From the NCBI GenBank assembly GCA_008690995.1, contig VRMN01000014.1, positions 62,001 through 126,000 on the forward strand: a stretch of DNA of 64,000 nucleotides, read 5' to 3'. The position numbers and the translations under genes are program-made. Positions 39,261 through 50,900 of this stretch are shown here, in pieces. Each line of letters opens with the position of its first letter. Positions within the stretch are counted from its first letter, which is position 1. A model generated the notes under the pieces. It was not told where the DNA came from, searched no databases, and worked only from the letters and a program-made list of their open reading frames with translations. The DNA comes from Porphyridium purpureum. Taxonomy: Eukaryota.

Positions 39261-42200
39261 ATGGCGGAGCCCGCGGCCGGCGCCGCGCACGAGTCAGATA
39301 GCGCCGAATACAGCGCGAGCAATGAAGACGTCGCCAGGTCTGACAGCAGTCTGGGCACCGCTCTGGATGTGCAGAGGCCCGACACAAGGTACGAGGCAGA
39401 AAGTTCAGCTGCAGACGCAGGCCTCTCAAACTATGCCACCTCGCCCGCGACGCGCGGAAACCCAGATACCTTGAAGTCGCCCACCGCCCGATCGTCTGGC
39501 CGACTGCCGCCCAAAAACCGCGGCAAGTTCTTCTTGAACTCTAAAAAGAGCTCGGATGCCGTGGCTGAGCCTGTGAATATGTTATCCCTCGTCGCGGCAA
39601 ACGCAGAGGCGTCATCCCAAGATTTGGCGATGGTCGCCCAATCACAAAGGACGTACTCTACTCCGAGCGGGGTGAATCCTGATGACTCTGAAAGTATTGG
39701 CGGCAAGGCAATTCGAAAGGTTCTTCCGGTCTTAGGCCCGATCACGACTGGTGATGTGCTCTCTTCGTCACGTGGAACGGTGGAGGATCTACACCAAGGC
39801 CAAGCGCCTCAGTACCTACAGCAGCAACCACCGCTGCCACCGCAACAAGATCAACATTCTCAGAGCGGGGGACTGTCGGCCCGAAGCATCGTGGCTAGCT
39901 CAAGCAACAAGGGTATGAAAGCTGCAATGATGAATAGAGCAGAGATAGCATCGATGCAGCAGCAGCAGCAGCAGCAGCAGCAGCTTTCTCCACGCGCAGC
40001 AGCGTCGGTTGGAAGCCAAAATCCGACGTCTACAACTCAAGATCCACTTGTCAGAATTTCAAGCGCTGGCGAGCCGAGAACTGGCACCATCGGTAGTGGC
40101 GGCGCAGGTGGCACAAAAATTCGACAAGGACGCACTTCACTCTTTGCCGGCATCGATATGAATCGTGTTCTTGTGGCGCAGCCTGACGGAACCATTGACG
40201 CTCCCGACGCTGTGATCCACTCTGCGTACTCTGAAGGTAATGTTGTCCGTCATTTAAGCCATTCGGACCGTCTTTCAAAGTCGGCACGTACGCGCAGTGG
40301 AAGCGTCACAGTGGATGGTGCGCTCCACGACGACGAAGATAGCACACGACTGCATCAAGTTTTGGGTGGTTCCATGTCCGCGAGCACCGTATCGCCGCCA
40401 TTGGGATCACGGGCAAAAAGCAAGAAAACATCTTTTGCCAATGCTGAAGGCGCACCTGGTGGCCTGAGCATTCACTCTGAAGGCGCGGATGGCTCTGCTC
40501 CGGGGCGTAGCCTATCCAAAATCTTAGGCAGCTTTTCTTTATCACGGGGAATATCGCGTGCTAAATCGAAAGGGGACTTTGACGGGAATGCAGGAGCCGA
40601 CGGATCGCATGTGAATCCGGGCTCCACGAGTCATACGGCACTTGCTGGAAATACAGGCACAGCGGGGACGTCCGAAGGCTATGGGCTTTCTCGGACAAGA
40701 TCACGGAGTCGGACTCGCCCCATGCGCGAAGGTGGCAGTCGTCGGAACTCGAATGAATCTTGGGAGCTGCTCCGTGATAAGAGCCTTGCTGGTGTGTTGG
40801 CAGAACCAGAAAGTGTTCTTCAGACCAAGGCGAACAAAATGATGAGTATAGCCACTTTGCGCAAGGATATGTCATTTTTTGAATGCGTTTTGTATACACT
40901 GCGTGGAAGCCTCGTGACCGTCAGAAGAGGGACCACGAGATTCTCGAAAGCTCTTCCGAACGAAGAAGTCTTGCTGTATGTCTCGGAGCTGATGGACAGC
41001 GTTTGCACAAGTGGCACTCCAACACAAGCAGAGCTGAATATCCCGCTACTGGCCATTTCGAAGTGCCGGCTGACAGGTTCAGACATGATCTTCGAGGCTG
41101 TGGACGAGTCATTTGATTTTGCATTCAGCAGTAAGAATGCCGCGGACATCTGGGCAAGCGCTATGAGTTGTTTGGTGCCGTCGAGCTCGCTCATGAAAAG
41201 TCGAGTGAAGGATATGCAGCAGCTCGAATCCTATAATATGTTCCTTGACACATACCATGGCACCTCCTTGTTTAAGCTTGAGCGGTGCGACAACTTCATT
41301 TTGCTGGACACGCTCGGGAGTGGCGCAAATTCAGTGGTGCGGCTGGCGCTTAGTATTGAAGATCGAATGTTCTTTGCGATGAAAACCATCCGCAAGTCTT
41401 CGCTGCGGAAGCAGACAAGGACGAACGCGCGTGACAGCGGGGAAAGAAAGCAGCTGCATGGGCTTGAAGATAACCGTGAGATCGCAGTGATGCGCAAATT
41501 GGGCCACCACCCGAATCTGGTGCAAATGAAGCATGCGATGGAGGACCATGAAAACGACTCCATTCACATCGTGCTCGAGTACATGCCAGGAGGTACAATC
41601 ATGGACGCGAGTAAGTCTGAAGGTGCCGAGCCTCTCTCGGAATCCATGGCTCGGGACGCTTTCTTGGATGTGCTTGCCGGACTTGAGCACATGCATGAAA
41701 ATCACATGCTTCATCGGGACTTAAAGCCAGAGAACCTGCTGAAGAAGTGCAGCGGCGTTGTAAAAATTTCTGACTTTGGCTCTGCAAAGCTTTCGACTAC
41801 GTCTGAGTCGTTCAGCACTGACGTGGCCGGGAAGGGTACACAAGCCGGCATCGGCACGCCTGCATTTGCAGCCCCAGAGTTGTGTTTATCGCCGCATGCA
41901 CCAGAGGCACCACCGGATGGGTACGCCGCAGATGTGTGGTCCCTGGGGGCCACTCTTTTCTACATGGTTTTCGGACGTGTTCCATTCCCGGCGAGGAGCA
42001 CTTTTGAAATGTACGAGCGAGTCTGCACGGCGGAGCTAGACTTTCCAAACCCTGCGGATGGCAGCGCGGGAGTTTCTGGAAAGTGTCTCAATCTGTTGAC
42101 CAAGCTCCTTACCAAAGAACCACTGGAACGGCCCCGCCTGGAGGAAGTGTGGCAACACGAATGGGTACTTGAAGCACTTGAGAACGAGAATTGTCGACAT

Positions 42201-42290
42201 CGTGAACGAATGCGCGAGGTTCTCGCGGTGGGAGACGCTTCGCTGGAAGGCGACCGCAGTGGGACAACGGATGTACCACTGGAACCGTGA
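39261..42290 (+). CDS. Ser/Thr protein kinase, CAMKK/SnRK1-activating (GRIK-like) group, with long low-complexity N-terminus and PH-like segment
   Basis: LGSGANSVV, FAMK, EIAVMRKLGHHPNLV, HRDLKPENLL, ISDFG, GTPAFAAPE, ADVWSLGATLF. A PH-like region ending AADIWASAMSCL precedes the kinase domain. Confidence 0.85.
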   Translation: MAEPAAGAAHESDSAEYSASNEDVARSDSSLGTALDVQRPDTRYEAESSAADAGLSNYATSPATRGNPDTLKSPTARSSGRLPPKNRGKFFLNSKKSSDAVAEPVNMLSLVAANAEASSQDLAMVAQSQRTYSTPSGVNPDDSESIGGKAIRKVLPVLGPITTGDVLSSSRGTVEDLHQGQAPQYLQQQPPLPPQQDQHSQSGGLSARSIVASSSNKGMKAAMMNRAEIASMQQQQQQQQQLSPRAAASVGSQNPTSTTQDPLVRISSAGEPRTGTIGSGGAGGTKIRQGRTSLFAGIDMNRVLVAQPDGTIDAPDAVIHSAYSEGNVVRHLSHSDRLSKSARTRSGSVTVDGALHDDEDSTRLHQVLGGSMSASTVSPPLGSRAKSKKTSFANAEGAPGGLSIHSEGADGSAPGRSLSKILGSFSLSRGISRAKSKGDFDGNAGADGSHVNPGSTSHTALAGNTGTAGTSEGYGLSRTRSRSRTRPMREGGSRRNSNESWELLRDKSLAGVLAEPESVLQTKANKMMSIATLRKDMSFFECVLYTLRGSLVTVRRGTTRFSKALPNEEVLLYVSELMDSVCTSGTPTQAELNIPLLAISKCRLTGSDMIFEAVDESFDFAFSSKNAADIWASAMSCLVPSSSLMKSRVKDMQQLESYNMFLDTYHGTSLFKLERCDNFILLDTLGSGANSVVRLALSIEDRMFFAMKTIRKSSLRKQTRTNARDSGERKQLHGLEDNREIAVMRKLGHHPNLVQMKHAMEDHENDSIHIVLEYMPGGTIMDASKSEGAEPLSESMARDAFLDVLAGLEHMHENHMLHRDLKPENLLKKCSGVVKISDFGSAKLSTTSESFSTDVAGKGTQAGIGTPAFAAPELCLSPHAPEAPPDGYAADVWSLGATLFYMVFGRVPFPARSTFEMYERVCTAELDFPNPADGSAGVSGKCLNLLTKLLTKEPLERPRLEEVWQHEWVLEALENENCRHRERMREVLAVGDASLEGDRSGTTDVPLEP

Positions 42291-43066
42291 ACAAAGCGGA
42301 GCGGCAGCAGCGGTATGCTGCTATTATTTCAGCACGGAGCGAAATTTGAATCCACGGTTTTGTTCAGATGGAAGGACTGTTTCCAAAACAAATCCAAGAC
42401 GTTCTACGAGCTTTTCCGAACATTCGCTTCGCACACATGCGTGAACAGTGCGCAGGGCCGCGAAACACGAGGCCCTCGCAAGCGAGCCTTGCTCTGTGAG
42501 ATTGGTTTACGCAGAGCTCTCAACCGATAGACAAAGGCGGGGCTTCAGCTGGTTCCGTCCTCTCCGCGTCGGCTTGGTGTAGGCGCTGCTCGAACTTCCG
42601 AAGCCGGCGTGCGGCAACATTCTTGGCATGACCGATGAGCCACGTGGCTCCTCAGAAGGTGCGGAACAGGGCGAAGCATTGCCCTGCATAAGTTAACGGT
42701 GTGAGTCTCACGCTGTCCAATCTGCTGCCTCGGAGCAACACAGGTTGGTGTGAAGCACTGTACAGTATGAATAAAGAAAGGTTTACTACGTTTCGTGCCA
42801 TTTTAGACCATTTATTCAGGTTGAAGGTGCCGGTGAGACCGGAACATTTTGTGTTTATGCCAAGATTAACTTTGTACAACATACTAGCAAAAATGATTGG
42901 TCGCACAAGTTACCCAGTAATAAACGCGGACACGTGCCGCTTGTTCTGGCACCTTTTCTTGTACTGAAATGATCCCTTTTTACTTGCGCTCCTTGATAAA
43001 CCACTGAACCGATTGCGCCGAACCGCGCTGGCGCTCGCATGCTCGCCGTCGAGCAAGGTTCAAAGG

Positions 43067-45152
43067 ATGGAGGGGTTCGCGAAGGCTGTGCGGCGTGAGC
43101 GGGCGAGTGCAAGGGTTGCGGAGCTGGCGCGTGGCCATATTACCGCAGGGACACGCAAAACATACCTGCCCAGTCAGCGCAAGTTTCTGAGGTATGTGCT
43201 TGCCCATTACAATGAAGATGTTGGAATTGGGCGGCCTTCGCATCCGACAGAGCAGTCAGAGCTGATCAATTCGCTCTTGTCGCCTGTGTCTTCTGCGAAT
43301 AGCCGTCTTGTGCAGCTTCTTGACTGTCTAACAGAGGAAATTGTGTCGACATTTTATCAGGAGCTGGTTGACACGGACGCCGCAGGCTCCACGGTCCCGA
43401 AAAACTGCGCGCTCTGCCGTGTTCAATCTGTTCTCGGACACTGGCGTGAGGATGCCTGACTTAATGAGAAGCGTGCTTATCAAAAATATGTTCCAAGCTT
43501 ATCAGCGTGGTATAGCGCGTGGGCGGGCGGAAAAAAGCGAAGAACCGGGAAAATGTGCGTTTACATACTCTACTTATGATCTTGTATGTAAAGCATTTCT
43601 CCTCGGCAACTCGTCTCTCTCTCTCAGTCTCTTTGCACTCGCATTCCATACCCTCTCCTGGTCTCTTTTCTGCCGTAGCGAGAACACTCGACTGATTACG
43701 TTCAACCACATGACATGGTCGAAAGACGCCCTAGTTGTGAAGTTTTCGCACTCCAAGAACGACCAAGAAGGAGACAATGGGTGCGAGGCACCGAAACACG
43801 TGTACAGTAACCCAGCGAACCCGAGTGGATGTCCAATTTTGTCGCTGGCGCTGTACCTGTTGGTCACGCCGAGGTCGAACGAGCGCCATGTCTTTATTGG
43901 CTCTGTTAACATGGCCAATACCCAACGCGTGGCTATCCAGAAGGCATGCGAGGGCCTGCGCTCGGAGCTGGCTTCGCTCGGGCACGAACCATCAGATTTC
44001 GGGACTCACTCTGACAGAAAAGGTGCAACCACGCACTGTGCGTCGGATACGGAAGATGGCCCACCGTTGATGGCCGTATTCTTGCGCGGCGGATGGCGCA
44101 TTGCCGGGCCCAAAGAGGTGTACGTGAAGTTTGCACTACGTGGAGACCAAGCTGTCGGAAGAGTGGCGTCTGGACTGAATCTGAGTGACCCGGCCGAGTG
44201 CACGCAGGTGGCGCCGTATTTTACTGAAGAGATGCTTAATAGTCCTTCAGTAAAACGTGCGCTAGCTCTTTGTTTTCCCTGGTCTCACCATTGCAGCTCC
44301 CGTCTCCAGCCTGTCCTTCTGCACTGCGTTGCTTCCCTCGTCTACCACCACAGCTTTCTCACCGCAGCACTTCCAACAACGCATCCCTACCGCCGTTCCG
44401 CATTTTACCAAGAAGAAGCTTTGGTTCAAGAGCTCGATGCTTTCGTGTTGGGCGGGAAGCGGAACACTTTGGCTCAGAATTTGGCGCAAGCAACCGGAAT
44501 TCTAGCAAACGTGCACATTCTTGCAAAACTTGAAATGCTCGAAGCAGGCGGCGGCGAAGGCGGAAATTTATTCGAGAAGTTGCGAGAGTTTTTGCGGGTG
44601 GAGGGTTTGATCGCGCCATATGCCACGCGCGCCGGTGTAGAAAAGCTTCTTGAAGACCAGAACAAGAAGCTCGAGCAGTTAATAGCCAGCCGTCTACCGG
44701 CCGCTCGGCCTGCAACGGAACGAGGCCGCGTATGGTGGGAAGAGAAAGTCCCAGAAGACTTTGCGCTGCCACCTGCCACACTCGATGAAGGATGGCGCAT
44801 GTGGTGGCGGGGCTCACCAGCCAGCAATCTTTCCCCGATCCGACATCTTAGGCCTCAAGATGTGAAGAACAAGCGCCAACGCGAGGCACTCACACCTTGG
44901 CGCAAAGTAATGCGCATGCTAGAGAAAGCGTGCACAGAAAGCAACTTGCATGTTAGCGCATCGGCCTCGCCTGTGCAATTGCAGGCTTGCATTGACGGCC
45001 TCGTCGCGCATTCAATTCTTCCACCCGCCGTGCTCAAACGTAATGGGCGCACTGTGCGTCCACGTGAGCGAACAGTGCTCACCATTCATAAGCTTTTGAA
45101 GAGGAAGGACCCCTCGAATACCGTCAACCCATTCCTTCGTCTCTTTATTTAG
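43067..45152 (+). mobile_element. Crypton-type tyrosine-recombinase transposon gene, copy 1 (one frameshift near 43400)
   Basis: YR catalytic set: R (LFCRSEN), K (HSKNDQEG), HxxR (GTHSDRKGA), RGGW, Y (KEVYVKF), then GDQAVGRVASGL. C-terminal domain PEDFALPPATLDEGWRMWWRG...PIRHLRPQDV. The N-terminal part (MEGF...TRKTYLPSQRKFLRY) is in another frame. Confidence 0.8.
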
Positions 45153-45288
45153 CAGAGATTAGACACAACTTCCTGTTCAATACTCTCAATGGTAACCATA
45201 AGTTTCGCTACTCCGATTGCTTCCGCCACATAACTTACTTTCGCCTCTTGCTTTCTCTTCCACATGCCCGCACGCGCATGCGCACGCG

Positions 45289-45650
45289 GGGGCCCAAACG
45301 CACACGCACACAGGCACACAGGCACACAGGCACACAGGCACACAGGCACACAGGCACACAGGCACACAGGCACGCACGCGGGCGCCCAAACGCAAACACA
45401 CACAGGCACGCCGGCGCCCAAACGCAAACACACACAGGCACGCAGCCACACAGGCACAGAGGCACACAGGCACGCAGGCACACAGGCACAGAGGCACACA
45501 GGCACACAGGCACGCACGCGGGCGCCCAAACGCAAACACACACAGGCACGCAGGCGCTCAAGCGCAAACACACACAGGCACACAGGCACACAGGCACACA
45601 GGCACGCAGGCGCCCAAACGCAAACACACACAGGCGCGCAGGCGAGCGCG
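45289..45650. repeat. Compound satellite: (GGCACACA)n octamers interleaved with about 6 copies of GGCGCCCAAACGCAAACACACACAGGCACG
   Basis: Long-unit copies near 45290, 45381, 45413, 45521, 45553 and 45609. The plus strand is almost free of T. Confidence 0.92.
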
Positions 45651-45820
45651 CCCATAGGCGTGCACGCGCAATGGCGTACGGGGACGGTCGCGACACAAAA
45701 TGATCGTCCACACTCGTGATTCTTTCATCTTAGCACTAGTAGATCTTCAAGCGTGAGACAACCCCATTTTACTATGCGAAAAGGTGCCAGGCTCAACCGG
45801 CACGATTTGTCTCAATCAAT

Positions 45821-46561
45821 GGCGTAACAACAGGATCGACTGAGTACAGTTGGAAAACGACAAAACCAACCAGAAATGGGAGATTTTTGTCAAGATGAAC
45901 CAAAACATGGATAAAGTTTTGTAGTTACACAAAAATGTTTCAGAATGGCTTCTTGTCGACCAGTATTGGTTTACGCGCCAAGGCTGTACATGTATTGACA
46001 AGCGGGCGTTCGTGTTCGGAAATGTTGTACAGGGATCGGGAAAGATGCCAAGGCAGCGCACTCCTTTTTCAAGGGCCGTCTTGTCCAACCCTCGCAAAAT
46101 TGTGCTTCCACTGGATGGGTCCGTGCTTATCGTCTGAACAGTGCATCAGGCGTACAAAAAATGCTGCCAGTTTTTGTCGCAGAGGAGAATATTTATTTGT
46201 GTGTTCCGATCATGCAAGTCCAACTTCGGCGTGGACACGCTATTCCTTCGCGCGCCCGTTTCAGCAACTGTAAGATTCCAGTAATAGAAGCCGTAAGCAC
46301 TCGCCATTGCCTCGGCCGTGGCCGCAACAGGTCTTCTATCGCTCTTGGACGAACTCACCTGCTCGGAGTCGAAGACTAAAAAGACCCGGCGAAGTAGTGA
46401 AACTTATCAATTGTAAAACAGCGTGTCTTGCCATGGTCTGAAACACTTTCGGTGTAACTCTAAAACTTTATCCATGTTCTGGTTAATCTTCATAAGGTTT
46501 GCCCATTTCTGGTTGGTTTTGTCGTTTTCCAACTGTACTCGGTCGATCCTGTCGTTTACCC
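45821..46561. mobile_element. Non-autonomous TIR element with ~125-bp terminal inverted repeats (MULE-like)
   Basis: 45821-45949 is an imperfect reverse complement of 46430-46561, with shared core ACAGGATCGACYGAGTACAGTTGGAAAACGACAAAACCAACCAGAAATGGG. The right end reads GGGTAAAC on the minus strand. No clean TSD. Confidence 0.75.
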
Positions 46562-47026
46562 ACAAAGAAATTTGGCGTGGATGAAGTGTCGGAGTGTATT
46601 CCCAGCTGGAGCGGTGTACACGACGATAGGCGCGCACTGGGGAGCGAACCGTGCACGTCTTAGACGCGCAGCTGCATCGATCGGATGTGTATGCGAGGGA
46701 GAGTGCGCACCTCCGGATGTTTTCGAGATTCGGAGGTGCGTTTGCACCTGAGATATTTTCAGGTGTTTGGCACGCGTGGCGTGCGTCACAACGCAAAAGG
46801 CCAGCGCAGCCAGAGGTATAAAAAGAGCTTCCATTGCTTCCCATAGATGTTTTCTTTTTTTTTTTCCCTCTTTCGTTTTCGGCAGGAGGTAGCGTCGGTG
46901 ACAAAGAGTCCTTGTGGGTTTTTCAAGCTATCCATCTTTATTAAGTCCACCGTTTAATAGTAATTAAAGCGCATTTCATTACTACTAATTTACGCTTGGC
47001 GGAGGTTTGGTGCACCGACCCATGTA

Positions 47027-48754
47027 AAGTGCGTTCCAAACAATTTGCACACTGCAAATTTGCCCTTCTTTATAGTAAATGATGAAGTTTTACTATGAAG
47101 ACATGTTTTGGCGGGGGAAACAGGATGCTCAATCAAATAGCACTCTTGACAGAGAGAGACTCTATGGAGCTCTAGGGACTGGAAGTTCTGAGCGTTCGCG
47201 CCCTCCATGTTCACGCAGCGGTGTAGACGTGCATTCCGCCCCGTCAGAAGGCTCCGAACCTCTGCGTTCGTGATCGACGCCCAGACTTCCATGATTCCAG
47301 CCTCCAGCTCCGAGAGAGACTCATACTGCCTGTTTCCGGCGTAAAGTCGGCGCGACAAAATGCTCCACACGTTCTGTACCGTGTTCAGGTCTGGCGAGTA
47401 CGCTGGCCAATCCATTACATGCCATCCTTCGCGCGTGAAGAAGGACTTTGTATTCTGCGTCAAATGAGCAGGGAAATTGTCCTGCACGAATGCCAACCCA
47501 TCCTTCTGGATGGGTTTCACTGATGATGGTCGCCACTCAAGAGGACTCCAGCATGGCCACATAGTTCTCTGAAGTGATCCTTGCTGGGGTCTTCAGGAGC
47601 GCCATCTTCCCAGCGGAAGAAATTGCCATCCAAAACATCACACTTCCGCCGCCCGTGTGACGGCGGACTCGATCCGGTAGCGCTCCTGCCGGGACCCACT
47701 GGCCAGAATACCCATCGAGCCCATCTAAATTAAACTTCTTTTCATCCGTGAAGATGATTTTTCTATGCTCTTCAATTTTATTTTGATTTTGCATGGCAAA
47801 TGCCCCGCGACGCAGCCGTTTCTCTCGGGAAAGAGGCTGCTTCACGGTGGCACGCCGAAAGGACAGATCATCGGCCATATTGTGTCTCACTGTCTCACGG
47901 CTTACCAGCTTCCTTTGGGACCTGCCGGTTTTGACCTGCATTGTGAGAGCCTTTAAAGGGCTCCTAGGAGCCGCTCTAAGTTTATTCAAAACTCGCGTTT
48001 GCGCAGGTTCTGTGAATGTACGGGCATTTTGATTGCCTACGTAGCCTTGGGTCGCGTCGGGGTGGTCCAGAAATCGTTAGATGGCTTTCTGGACCAATTT
48101 GCCCGTGCGGCTATTTCAGACAGTTTGAGCCCCTCCGCGCGCCATCCCCAGATGGCACGCTTCTCTGCCTCGGTCAACGCACCCGCGCACCCCATCTCAC
48201 GCCTGAAATCGCTCTCTTCTTGTCGACTGGTAGCCGCCGGGCACGCCAAAACACTTTTGTGCTAATGTTTTTACGCATCCTGTTTCCCCTCCAAAAGATG
48301 TCTTTGTAGCGTGTACTACTGTACACTCGAGCTCCTCAAATTTACACGCACAAACGCAAACTGTGCAAGAAAAGCAAGACATCCTCTCTTTTGTCAGGAC
48401 TCTGCCAAGCTGGCCGTCGCCTCTTGCTACAGGATTTTAAACCCAACGCGGCAGCCGCGTGGATAGCGTGGACACGCGTCCCGACGAAGTGCGTGTGTCC
48501 ACGCTATTTCAAAAAATAGCACTCCATTCCCAGGCAGACTTTGCTGTCCATGTTAAGCACGGGGAGCACGGCTCATTGCGCTGGCATCAGTTCGCGCCAC
48601 TGCCGTGCATTCCTATGCAGACCCTTCTGGTCTCGAGAGCCGAATATACTTGCGCGAGCACAGGCCCTTTCTCATGTATATCTTCACAGTAAAATTTAAG
48701 AGTTCACTATTAAAATGGACAAAACCTGCAGTGTGCTAAGTGTTTGACGCGCTT
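47027..48754 (-). mobile_element. Decayed Tc1/mariner (Tc3-like, DD34E) DNA transposon with ~80-bp TIRs and TA flanks
   Basis: Transposase fragments from ATG 48195 to about 47190: HTH MGCAGALTEAEK; IIFTDEKKFNLDG; GGGSVMFW; FVQDNFPAH; DWPAYSPDLNTVQNVW (catalytic E appears as Q); frameshifted. TIRs 47027-47104 and 48678-48754, with TA at 47025-6 and 48755-6. Confidence 0.88.
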
Positions 48755-49222
48755 TAGTCAAATACTTCAACGGTGGACAGAATGTCCACCAAAACGTGAA
48801 TATGTTTTATTCCCTTCCTCTGAAACAACACTCCTTTCACATAAACCAGGAAACAATAGATTGTGTACGTTTCGGTGGATGTATCGTCCACCATTTCGAA
48901 GAACACTGTACCTTACTACGAAGCCAGTATGCTTGAAACGTTGAAACCGTCATGGCATTCGACAACTCCCTTTGGGCAACAAGGCCAGCCAAGTTTGACA
49001 AAGCGGAGCATGAGGTGTGGGTTTGTTAGAATTGTCTTCAGGATGTCTTTTGAAATAGCAGCACCCTGCTTTCGGGAGAGGTCGACTTGAGACATTTCAA
49101 GGAAGACCATGCTTTTGGAATCCAAAAATGCCTTTCCGGTATCCGACAGACCGTGCATGCTTGTGGACTTTGGCGATCTGTGCGTGACGTTACTTTTCCG
49201 TCGACGGTATGATCAAAACCTT

Positions 49223-50900
49223 TTAGTCATTGTCTGTATTTTGAAGGTAGAAGACCGTTGCCTTCCGGAACGGATTTGCAGACGAAATCATTTCTACCAG
49301 ACGCTGAGCAAAGTACAGTATCCTGTTCACAAACGCTCTCGTCAATGCTTCACGACTGCGACTTTTGCCACATTCGCTCTTGCACCTGTCAAATTCTTTG
49401 AACAAGAGCTACCTATTTGAAAACATCTTTCTTTTCCACCGCAGAGAGAAATCCGGAGGCGAAACGTTTCGAAGCGGAGGAATATTAATCCCCGGATTTC
49501 CTTAATCGCACAAGTCCAGTGCTGCCAACACGCCGAAGGATGGTAACATATAATTCTCAGGGAGTTTAGAAAACACCGAGGCCTCTGGGCACCAATGCCA
49601 TCCTCCTTTGGATGCTTCATCGGCGTGGACTTCTGAGTTCTCAGCTTTTGCGTTTCGTGGTGCAAGAGAATGCCCAATGCTGGCTTCCATTTGACTTGAT
49701 CGACGAGAATAAAGCTTATTGACTGTCTTTCGAAAAAGCATGAGTGGTCACGGGTGGACTTGCGAAAGCCTTAGAGCTGGTAAGCCCTCCCAACCTAATG
49801 GCTTAAGACTCTGGGTCCTTGTGTACCATTTTTATCATCGATGTGGTCACCTCCGGCAAGCCAGACAACTTACGCATGCTGCCAACGTACGGCGGTACTT
49901 TCCTTTGGTCTCATACGGGTAATTTCAAAGGGCTGACTGGCACTGGTATCGCACACAAGCAGCGCTGCCAAAGCTCGAACGGACTTGTCTGTGAAAAGTG
50001 GGTTGAAACGCAAAGTGTGCTTTGGAGCGGAGATGCTGTCGAGATATGAAAAGTGAAATATTGGACTAGCAAGCAAAGTTTGATTCATAGCAGTTGTCCT
50101 ACCAGCCATAAACTTTCCTCGCCGCTGGTCAATGTCACCTTTATCGGCTCCATTCTTAAATCCAGGCGACAGGGCTGCGAATCCCAAGTCATTCACCGGC
50201 AAGCCTACCGCCATTCGACCGACATTTTGATCTGTCGCACTCTCACAATGCAGATATATGCCTAGTGCGACGCCCGGTGACCATCCAGCTCTCCTGGACA
50301 CGGCTTGCAGGGAAGGTGCAAGAGTGCTGCCTGGGCAAACAAAAGTTGCGGAACCTTTTCGCCAGAAATGGCTTTCTTTCATCTCGTCGTCAAAGTCCAC
50401 GTCGTCGTCGTCTGCGCTGAGCTTGAGTTCATGCATCGCGCTCTTAAACAGATCTGAAAAGCGTCTTGCTTGCGCCGTCGCTTGTCCGGTGAAGACTGAA
50501 TCTGTCGCCGGAGTTGAAAAAGTCGGAAAACTTATACTCGGCAAAGAAAGCTACGAAGCCAGCCATACATCGTGCAAGAAGAACGAGCAGGCTTCAGGAA
50601 CCGGCGCATGAGATTGTATATGTTTCTATTCTATTCGTCCCTCCTGGTTTTTTTGCTTTTCAATATCCACCATAATGGCGTCATCCACCACTCGCAAGTG
50701 CTTCGTTTGCAGCTCAAAGGTCGTGCAAATTCTGCACATAAGGCTTCACGCGAGCGCCACGTCTGCATAAGCAAAAATGGCAGCAGCGCTTGGTGACCAC
50801 TGCAAGTGTTTGTACAATCAGGCAAAATGTGAAAAAGGCACAGGCTCTCATGTCCAAGAGAACTCAACGCCTGCGTGCTGCCTCTTAGCTTGCACACGTT
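49223..50900 (-). mobile_element. Crypton-type tyrosine-recombinase element, copy 2, degenerate
   Basis: Fragments DAIMVDIEKQKNQEG...KHIQSH...PEAC; SHFWRKGSATF...AVSRRAGWSPGVALGIYL...DQNVGRMAVGLP...FAALSPGF; C-terminal LPENYMLPSF...IPPLRNVSPPDF. Several stops and frameshifts. Confidence 0.72.

Noticed and set aside
45149..45719. CACVPV- and HRHTGTQA-repeat ORFs, and a CRISPR-like look of the repeat array
   Set aside because: These are translations of a satellite. The intervening sequences are octamer repeats, not unique spacers; no cas genes are present and the context is eukaryotic.
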